Source: an uncultured Candidatus Rokubacteria bacterium (lineage in GTDB: Bacteria > Methylomirabilota > Methylomirabilia > Rokubacteriales > CSP1-6). Taken from it: a DNA stretch of 64,000 bases. A model generated the notes under the pieces. That model saw only the letters and a list, made by a program, of their open reading frames with translations. It made no database searches and was not told where the DNA came from. The stretch is taken from the NCBI GenBank assembly GCA_963771355.1, contig CAVYTA010000005.1, positions 384,001 to 448,000 of the forward strand, given 5' to 3'. This document shows, piece by piece, positions 57,354-64,000 of the stretch (positions within the stretch are counted from its first letter, which is position 1; every line of letters starts with the position of its first letter). A program made the position numbers and the translations under genes.

Positions 57354-58958
57354 ATGACGCGTGTCCCGCTGACGGTCAAGATCGGCCTCGTCATCCTGGC
57401 CGTGCTCATCATCGGCTTCGGCGCCTCCACCGTGCTGACCATCCAGCAGGAATCGGCCCTCCTCGTCGACCAGAGCAAGCGGGCGGCGCGGCGCCTCACC
57501 GAAGCCCTCATCGCCAGCGTCGAGTCGGCCATGCTCCAGGAGCGGCCCGACGTCACCCGCATGCTGATCAGCGACCTCAAGAGCTCCAGCGCGGTGCCGG
57601 GGCTCGACATCTACCGGCGCAATGGCGTGGAGGCCTTCACCGACCTCGTCACGCTCCAGGAGGTGGAGAAGAACGCCGGGCTCGAGAAGGGCGTGTTCGA
57701 CTCCATCTCCAAGATGGCGCGCCCCGCCGGCCCCGCCATGACGGGATCCCTCTTCAAGGCGGCGGTGGAGACGCTCCAGACCCAGGAATCGCTGGAGCAG
57801 CGGGACGGCACCACCTTCTTCACCGTGCACCGGCCGGTGCTGAACCAGGAGAAGTGCCAGGGCTGCCACGGCGCCGACCACAAGGTGCGCGCGGTGGTGC
57901 GGGTTGCCACCAGCATGGAGCCCGTGTTCGCGGAGGTGCGCAAGCAGCGCAACCGCCAGATGCTGGTCGGCCTCCTCACCATCGTGGCCGCGGGCGGCGT
58001 GCTCTGGGTGGCCATGCGCCAGGTGGTGGTGAAGCCCATCCGCCAGGTGGCGGGGGTGGCTCGCCGCATCGGCGGGGGCGATTTCGCGGCACGCGTCAGC
58101 ACCAAGGGCTCGCGCGACGAGATCGGCGACCTGGGGGAGGCCATCAACGAGATGAGCGCGGGCCTGGGGCGCGCGCGGGACGAGCTGTCCACGCGCAACG
58201 CGGAGCTGGCCAGCACGCTCGAGAGCCTGCAGGCCTCGCGCCGCCAGGTGGAGCTGCTCCAGCAGCTCAAGGGGGAGCTCTCCAAGTTCGTTCCCGACGC
58301 GGTGAAGGCCTTGCTCGAGCGGAATCCCAACGCCACCGAGCTCGAGAAGCGCACGGAGGAGGTGTCCGTCCTCTTCCTGGACATCGCGGGGTACACCAAG
58401 CTCAGCGAGCAGATCCCGCCGGATCAGCTCAACAACCTGGTCCAGACCTACTTCTCCTCGTTCCTCGAGATCATCCGCGCGCACCACGGGGACGTGAACG
58501 AGACGGCGGGCGACGGCCTCATGGTGATCTTCCAGGGCGCGGGGGCCGGCGACAAGCGCGAGGCGGGCCGGCAGGACCACGCCCTCAACGCCACGCGGGC
58601 CGCCTTCGCCATCCGCCAGAAGACGATCGATCTCAACGAGGAGCACCGCGGGACGCTGCCCGCCATCGCGCTGCACATGGGCATCAACACCGGCGAGGCG
58701 CTGGTGGGCGCCACCAAGCTGGGCGGGGCCGGCGCCCAGCGCTGGACCTTCACCGCCACCGGCCCGGTGACCAATCAGGCCGCGCGCTTCGCGGGCTTCG
58801 CCCAGGGGGGCGAGGTCATCGTGGGCCCGCTCACCGCCGACCGCATCCGCGTCTCCGTGGTACTGGAGGCGCTCGGGCCCAAGAGCTTCAAGAACGTGTC
58901 CGAGCCGATTCCGGTCTTCCGCCTCATCCCGCCGGGCGTGTACGAGAAGATCGTGTAG
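57354..58958 (+). CDS. membrane class III nucleotide cyclase with periplasmic CxxCH heme-c sensor and HAMP domain
   Basis: TM1, periplasmic domain with CQGCH (57855-57869), TM2, HAMP (KPIRQV...DEIGDL), coiled coil, LFLDIAGYT, ETAGDG, TNQAAR. Confidence 0.88.
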   Translation: MTRVPLTVKIGLVILAVLIIGFGASTVLTIQQESALLVDQSKRAARRLTEALIASVESAMLQERPDVTRMLISDLKSSSAVPGLDIYRRNGVEAFTDLVTLQEVEKNAGLEKGVFDSISKMARPAGPAMTGSLFKAAVETLQTQESLEQRDGTTFFTVHRPVLNQEKCQGCHGADHKVRAVVRVATSMEPVFAEVRKQRNRQMLVGLLTIVAAGGVLWVAMRQVVVKPIRQVAGVARRIGGGDFAARVSTKGSRDEIGDLGEAINEMSAGLGRARDELSTRNAELASTLESLQASRRQVELLQQLKGELSKFVPDAVKALLERNPNATELEKRTEEVSVLFLDIAGYTKLSEQIPPDQLNNLVQTYFSSFLEIIRAHHGDVNETAGDGLMVIFQGAGAGDKREAGRQDHALNATRAAFAIRQKTIDLNEEHRGTLPAIALHMGINTGEALVGATKLGGAGAQRWTFTATGPVTNQAARFAGFAQGGEVIVGPLTADRIRVSVVLEALGPKSFKNVSEPIPVFRLIPPGVYEKIV

Positions 58959-58962
58959 GGAC

Positions 58963-60147
58963 CTAGGCGGCGACCTCGCGACCGAGATACTCGATGGCCC
59001 GCTGCGCGCCGCCGGCTCCGTGGGGAATGCGGAGCGCGATCAGCCCCATCTCCACCGCACCGAGCGCGCCGAGCACCATGGGCGCGTTGGTATGGCCCAT
59101 GTGGGCGATGCGGAAGGCCTTGCCCGAGAACGGGCCGATGCCGACGCCGAGGACGACACCGCACTGGTTACGGCAGTAGTCGAGCAGGGGCTGCGGATCG
59201 CGGTCCGGCATGAGCACACAGGTGATGGAATTGGCGCGCTCCGCGGGATGGGTGGCGTTCAAGGCGAGCGCGCCGCCCTCCGCCCATCGGCCCGCCGCCT
59301 GGCGCGTGGCTTCGGCCAGCAGGGCGTGACGCCGGGCGGCGTGCTCGAGGCCCTCCGCGAGCAGCAGGTCGAGCGCCTTGCGAAGCCCGAAGAGGAGATG
59401 CTGCGGCGGCGTCCCGCCGTACTTCTGGTAGTGCGCCTGGCCCTGCCGGAACGTCCAGTCCCAGTAGCGGGTGCGGAGGTCGGCCTTCTGGTGCGCGGCA
59501 TGCGCCCGCTCATTGGCCGCGACAAAGGCCAGGCCCGGCGGGGTCATGAGGCCCTTCTGGGAGCCGGACATGGTGACGTCGATGCGCCACGCGTCCATCT
59601 CGAACGGCATGCAGCCGAGCGAGGCCACCGCATCCACCATCAGGAGCGCGGGGTGCCGGGCCGCGTCCATGGCGGCGCGGATGGCGGGCAAGTCATTGGC
59701 GACGCCCGAGGCGGTGTCGATCTGCACCACCAGGACGGCCTTGATCTCGTGGCTGGCGTCGGCCTCGAGGCGCTGGCGCACGGCGTCCGGGTTCACCGCG
59801 CGCCGCGCGTCGCCCTTCAGGGATTCGACCTTCACGCCCATCATCTGCGCCATCTCGCCCCAGCCCGCCGCGAAGATGCCGCTTTCCAGCACGAGCACGG
59901 TCTCGCCGCGCGACAGCACATTGCTCAGCGCTGCTTCCCAGCCGCCGTGGCCATTGGCCGCGTAGATGTAGACGCGGCCCGCCGTGCGGAACACCTTCGG
60001 CAGATCGTCGTGGAGCGAGTGCGTGAGCCCGAGCATGTCGCCCGAGTAGATGTCGATGGCCGGCCGGTGCATGGCGGCCAGCACGGCATCCGGGATGGTG
60101 GTGGGTCCGGGAATGTGGAGGAACTCGCGGCCATTGGCGACGCTCAT
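58963..60147 (-). CDS. class V PLP aminotransferase (serine--glyoxylate/pyruvate aminotransferase-like)
   Basis: IPGPT, VDAVAS, GSQKGLMTPPG, FRIAHMG. Confidence 0.9.
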   Translation of the reverse strand: MSVANGREFLHIPGPTTIPDAVLAAMHRPAIDIYSGDMLGLTHSLHDDLPKVFRTAGRVYIYAANGHGGWEAALSNVLSRGETVLVLESGIFAAGWGEMAQMMGVKVESLKGDARRAVNPDAVRQRLEADASHEIKAVLVVQIDTASGVANDLPAIRAAMDAARHPALLMVDAVASLGCMPFEMDAWRIDVTMSGSQKGLMTPPGLAFVAANERAHAAHQKADLRTRYWDWTFRQGQAHYQKYGGTPPQHLLFGLRKALDLLLAEGLEHAARRHALLAEATRQAAGRWAEGGALALNATHPAERANSITCVLMPDRDPQPLLDYCRNQCGVVLGVGIGPFSGKAFRIAHMGHTNAPMVLGALGAVEMGLIALRIPHGAGGAQRAIEYLGREVAA

Positions 60148-60260
60148 GAGCGCTCGTCTCCTGGTAGGGGGGTGGACATGGTGCCGCTATCATCCTGCCA
60201 GGGGGGCGGGACGAGGTCAATTTCGGGCAACGGGCGCCTCAACCGCGGGAATCAGGAGAC

Positions 60261-62588
60261 TCACCGCCGCGGACCCGGCCAGCGTCCGGTGGCCTGCAGG
60301 AGATCGAAGATCCGCGATGAGGTGACCGGCGGGCGATCCACCTCCACGCCGTAGTCGGCGAGCGCGTCCTCCGCCGCGTTGGCCACCGCGGCGGCGACGG
60401 GAATGACCCCGCTCTCGCCCACGCCCTTGATCCCCAGCGGGTTGATCGCCGACGGGAAATCGAGATGGACCACCTCCAGCGGAGGCATGTCCGCCGCGCG
60501 CGGCATCGGATAGTCCATGAGGGTGCCGGTGAGGAGCTGGCCCGCGTCGTCGTAGATCAGCGCCTCGCCGAGCGCGCTGCCGAGGCCCTGGGCGATGCCG
60601 CCGTGGAGCTGGCCCTCCACGATCACCGGGTTGATGGGGCGTCCGCAGTCGTGCATGGCGGCGAGCTTGAGCAGCGAGATCGCGCACGTGTCGAGATCGA
60701 TCTCGAGGACGATACCCTGCACGCCGAAGGCCCAGGTCACCGTGTCGGGATAGAAGAAGGCGCAGGCGCTGAGCCCCGGGCCGCCCGCCTCGGCCACCGC
60801 GCGGCTCCGCACCGCGGCGCGCGCGACCTGGCCGAGCGTCACGCTCTGGCCCGGCACGCCGCGGACGTGCACGCGCCCGTCGGCGAGCACGACGTCCTCC
60901 GGCGCGCACTCGAAGAGCTCGGCCCCCACCAGCCGCGCCTTCTGCGCCACCTGCGCGGCGGAGCGCTGCACTGCGGGCCCGCCCACCGCGGCCACGCGGC
61001 TGGCGATGGTCCCCATGCCGTAGCCCACGAGGCTGGTGTCGCCGCCCACCACCATGACCGATTCGAGCGGCACCGCCAGCTCATCGGCGGCGATCTGGGC
61101 GAGCGTGGTCTCGTGCCCCTGGCCCTGCGCGCAGACGCCCAGGTGCACGAACACGGTGCCGTCGGGGTCCACCCGGATGTCGGCGCCCTCGAAGGGCCCG
61201 AGGCCGGTGCCCTCGACGTAGGCGCAGAGGCCGATGCCGAGGGGCCGCGCGCTCCCGCGGCGCTTCGCCTGCTCCCGGCGCCACCCTGCGTAGTCGAGGG
61301 TCGCGAGCAGCCGATCGAAGGCGGCGGGGTAGTCGGCGGGATCGTAGATGATCGGCGCGCCGTCACGGTAGGTGAGGCCGGTGGGGCAGGGCATCTCGTC
61401 GGGGCGAATCAGGTTCATGCGGCGCAGCGCGGCCGGATCCATGCCGAGCCGCCGCGCCGCGCGGTCGAGCAGCCGATCCAGGACGAACGCGGCCTCGGGG
61501 CGCCCCGCCCCGCGGTATGCCGCCGCGAACGTCTTGTGGGTGAGCACGTTGCGCCCGACCCCGCGATAGTGCGGCACTCGATAGGGCCCCGGCAGGTGAT
61601 TGATCGTGTTGAGCGTGATGGCTTCACCCAGCGTGGGCGCGGCCCCGTGATCGCGCGTGAAGACGGTCTCGATCCCCACGATGCGGCCGTCGCGCTCGAG
61701 CCCGATCCGCGCCTCGTGGACCTGGTCGCGGTCGCCGGCGGCGGTGAGGCAGTGCTCGGTGCGGGTCTCCACCCACTTCACCGGACGGCCGAGGCGCCGG
61801 GCCACCACGGGGACGAGAATCTCCTCGGGGTAGACGTGGCCCTTGACGCCGAAGCCGCCGCCCACGTCGGGCACGATCACCCGGATGCGCTCCTCGGGCA
61901 GGCGGACCACCGGCGCGATGCCGCTGCGCACGGCGAACGGCACCTGGGTCGACGTCCACACCGTCAGGCCGCCGCTGATGGGATCGGGCGCGGCCAGCAC
62001 GCCGCGCGTCTCGAGCGGCATGCCCGCCACGCGCGGGTAGGCCAGGCGGGCGGAGACGACGACGGGCGCCGCGGCCAGCGCCTCCGCCGGGTTGCCCTTG
62101 GCGCTCGTGGACACGCCGGCCAGGTTGTCGGGCCACTCCTCGTTCACGCGCGGGGCCCCGGGCGCGGTGGCCGCCTCGGGCGAGATCGCGGCGGCCAGCG
62201 GCTCGTAGGTGACCGCCACCCGCTCGACGCCGTCGGCGGCCGCATACGGATCGCGCGCCACCACCACGGCCACCGCCTCGCCGACGTGACGCACCCGGTG
62301 GCCGGCCAGGATCGGATGGATGTAGGTCCGGCCCTTGGGCTCCGGCACGAGGGGCGGCACCGTGGCGGTCGCCAGCTCCGGCAGGTCGCCGAGCGTCCAC
62401 ACCACCACCACGCCGGGCAGCGCGCGCGCGGCCTCGGCGTCGACCCCCAGCACCCGCGCGTGGGCGTGCGGGCTCCGCACGACGGCCAGGTGGAGGAGGC
62501 CATCGAGCTGCAGGTCGTCGAGATAGCGGCCGTGGCCGGTGACGAAGCGGCCGTCTTCCTTCCGCTTCGGCGAGGCGCCGACCAGCAT
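60261..62588 (-). CDS. xanthine dehydrogenase family Mo subunit (CoxL form II-like)
   Basis: RSPHAHA, GGGFGVK, AYRGAGRPE, QGQGHET, GIKGVGE. Confidence 0.92.
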   Translation of the reverse strand: MLVGASPKRKEDGRFVTGHGRYLDDLQLDGLLHLAVVRSPHAHARVLGVDAEAARALPGVVVVWTLGDLPELATATVPPLVPEPKGRTYIHPILAGHRVRHVGEAVAVVVARDPYAAADGVERVAVTYEPLAAAISPEAATAPGAPRVNEEWPDNLAGVSTSAKGNPAEALAAAPVVVSARLAYPRVAGMPLETRGVLAAPDPISGGLTVWTSTQVPFAVRSGIAPVVRLPEERIRVIVPDVGGGFGVKGHVYPEEILVPVVARRLGRPVKWVETRTEHCLTAAGDRDQVHEARIGLERDGRIVGIETVFTRDHGAAPTLGEAITLNTINHLPGPYRVPHYRGVGRNVLTHKTFAAAYRGAGRPEAAFVLDRLLDRAARRLGMDPAALRRMNLIRPDEMPCPTGLTYRDGAPIIYDPADYPAAFDRLLATLDYAGWRREQAKRRGSARPLGIGLCAYVEGTGLGPFEGADIRVDPDGTVFVHLGVCAQGQGHETTLAQIAADELAVPLESVMVVGGDTSLVGYGMGTIASRVAAVGGPAVQRSAAQVAQKARLVGAELFECAPEDVVLADGRVHVRGVPGQSVTLGQVARAAVRSRAVAEAGGPGLSACAFFYPDTVTWAFGVQGIVLEIDLDTCAISLLKLAAMHDCGRPINPVIVEGQLHGGIAQGLGSALGEALIYDDAGQLLTGTLMDYPMPRAADMPPLEVVHLDFPSAINPLGIKGVGESGVIPVAAAVANAAEDALADYGVEVDRPPVTSSRIFDLLQATGRWPGPRR

Positions 62589-62612
62589 CAGGGGGCGAAC
62601 CGGAGGCGCCGG

Positions 62613-63125
62613 CTAGCCGCGGGAGGGCGCCGCGCGGAGGTGCTCGTCGCGGCGGGACTGGAGATCGCCGTCGGTGTACGTCATGAGCTCGGGCTTGGCC
62701 TTGCCCAGCATCACCTGGAGATACGCCGGCTCGAGCCCCACGTTGGTGAAGCCGTGGATGACGTTGGCGGGGCACGAGATGCAGTCCCACCGGCCGAGCA
62801 CCGTCTCCGCGCGATTGCCGGCCCCGTCCTCGATGAACACCAGCACCTTGCCCTCGAGGATGAAGAAGGCCTCCTCGACCTCGTGGGTGTGCGGCGCGTT
62901 GCCCTGACCGGGCGGGACGAACATCACGGAGAGCGTGAAGTGCTGCGCCGGGATCACCGTGGCGTCGGTCTTGCCGGAGGCGCCGGAGCCGATGAAGCGG
63001 TGCTGCGCGCGCTTGAAGCCTTCCACGCGCGCGTCGGCGAAGGCATCCCAGTCGGCGCGGCGGTCGGTGAAGCGCGCCACGTGGGTGCGGAGCGTCTCGT
63101 CCAGGGACGGCGCGGTCTGGGTCAT
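62613..63125 (-). CDS. cupin domain protein
   Basis: PHTHEVEEAFF...PANVIHGF. Confidence 0.85.
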   Translation of the reverse strand: MTQTAPSLDETLRTHVARFTDRRADWDAFADARVEGFKRAQHRFIGSGASGKTDATVIPAQHFTLSVMFVPPGQGNAPHTHEVEEAFFILEGKVLVFIEDGAGNRAETVLGRWDCISCPANVIHGFTNVGLEPAYLQVMLGKAKPELMTYTDGDLQSRRDEHLRAAPSRG

Positions 63126-63979
63126 GTCGGTCTTCCTCCCGGGGGCCCCAGTCTAGTCGCTCCGCATCGGAGCCGCAAGACGCCGCGTCGCCTCAATCGA
63201 GGCAAAAGCCGCTTGCGCTCGGCGGGTGTCCAGGCCACGGGCTCCTGCACCGCACGCGCGCACCAGCTCCGAGCCGCCTCGCAGGCCCAGAGGAACGCCT
63301 CCTTGGCCGCGTCCAACCGGCCGGCCCGCGCATGGACCGTGCCCACGGCATAGCGCTGGAGACCGCAGAGGCCGCGGTCGGCGGCGCGGCACCGATGCTC
63401 GGCGAGCACGCGCGCCGCGTTTTCCTCCCGCCGCGTGGGCGGCGCGGCGGGCGAGCGCTCGGCGGACTCGAGGAGCGCGGTGGAGACCACGCCACAGGCG
63501 TCGTCATTCCCATTCCGGCAGGGTCGGAGTCGCGCATCGTCGGCCACGAGCCACACGATGGCCAGCACGAGCGCGGCGGCGAGGCCTCCGAGAGGAACGA
63601 GGTCGATCGCGCCGAAGGCGGGGGCGCTCCGGGCGCGGCGCAGGAGAAGGAAGAGCAGCACGACACCGGCCGCGGCGAGGGCGAAGTTCAGCAGGTAGAC
63701 GTGGGCGACGAGGCGGTCGTCCGCATGGTCACGCGCGCCGCTCCCGACGAAGAGCCGAGCCACCATCACGCCGATGACGACCAGGTAGGCACCCAGTCCC
63801 ACCCGCGCGAGGAGGTGGGCGGCGCGCGCGCGGAGGCCCAGGCCGGCCCCGATCCCGATGAGCAGGACGCCCAGGGCGAGAAACGGAGGCTCGCGCTCGA
63901 TCGACGCGTCCCCGGCCCACACGTAGCGAAGGCAGGCCAGGCCGGCCAGCACGAGGAGTGCGCTGACGAATAGGTGCAC
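63122..63979 (-). CDS. hypothetical multi-TM protein with C-terminal Cys-paired helical repeats
   Basis: About 5 TM segments, then CRNGNDDAC, CRAADRGLC, CEAARSWC; GATAAT 7 nt before the GTG start. Confidence 0.6.
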   Translation of the reverse strand: MHLFVSALLVLAGLACLRYVWAGDASIEREPPFLALGVLLIGIGAGLGLRARAAHLLARVGLGAYLVVIGVMVARLFVGSGARDHADDRLVAHVYLLNFALAAAGVVLLFLLLRRARSAPAFGAIDLVPLGGLAAALVLAIVWLVADDARLRPCRNGNDDACGVVSTALLESAERSPAAPPTRREENAARVLAEHRCRAADRGLCGLQRYAVGTVHARAGRLDAAKEAFLWACEAARSWCARAVQEPVAWTPAERKRLLPRLRRRGVLRLRCGATRLGPPGGRPT

Positions 63980-64000
63980 CGGAGCGATTATCCCTTAGAG

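Noticed and set aside
60261..62588. Aerobic CO dehydrogenase (form I CoxL)
   Set aside because: The active-site loop is AYRGAGR, not AYxCSFR, and no coxM, coxS or accessory genes are adjacent.
60465..63353. Long antisense or alternate-frame ORFs (also 28786-31335, 45550-48000, 56537-58966, 19331-21394, 91-750)
   Set aside because: They are Arg/Gly/Ala-rich shadows of recognisable genes, expected at this GC content, and show no motifs.
1..64000. CRISPR array, tRNA, rRNA, prophage or integron
   Set aside because: No regularly spaced direct repeats, cloverleaf or rRNA signatures, phage genes or integrase were recognised by eye.

Overview
GC-rich (roughly 70% by eye) bacterial window. Its gene content and small-protein families suggest Rokubacteria/Methylomirabilota, but this is an inference, not tested. 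Most of it is heterotrophic metabolism and transport: three ABC systems (Ugp-like, Liv-like, Opp/Dpp-like), CoA-dependent enzymes, two stand-alone Mo-hydroxylase large subunits, an RhlE-type helicase and glmS. Features the ORF track misses or hides: (1) a CFA-synthase-like methyltransferase split into two genes around a geranylgeranyl-reductase-like flavoprotein, a candidate methyl-branched lipid operon; (2) a leaderless, signal-bearing small ORF ending in the RAPP ribosome-arrest motif upstream of a secreted DUF1344-like protein; (3) an ArsC-like selenoprotein with in-frame UGA (UxxC) and a SECIS-like hairpin; (4) a glmS ribozyme; (5) a heme-c (CxxCH) periplasmic sensor-HAMP class III cyclase with Glu at the purine-specificity position, possibly a guanylyl cyclase; (6) a tandem pair of cyclase-STAND ATPase genes, downstream of an IS630 that inserted exactly at a stop codon; (7) a sigma54-driven 46-aa membrane peptide. 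Several apparent single-base deletions suggest consensus errors. No CRISPR array, tRNA or rRNA was seen. All family calls come from motif recognition, not database searches.
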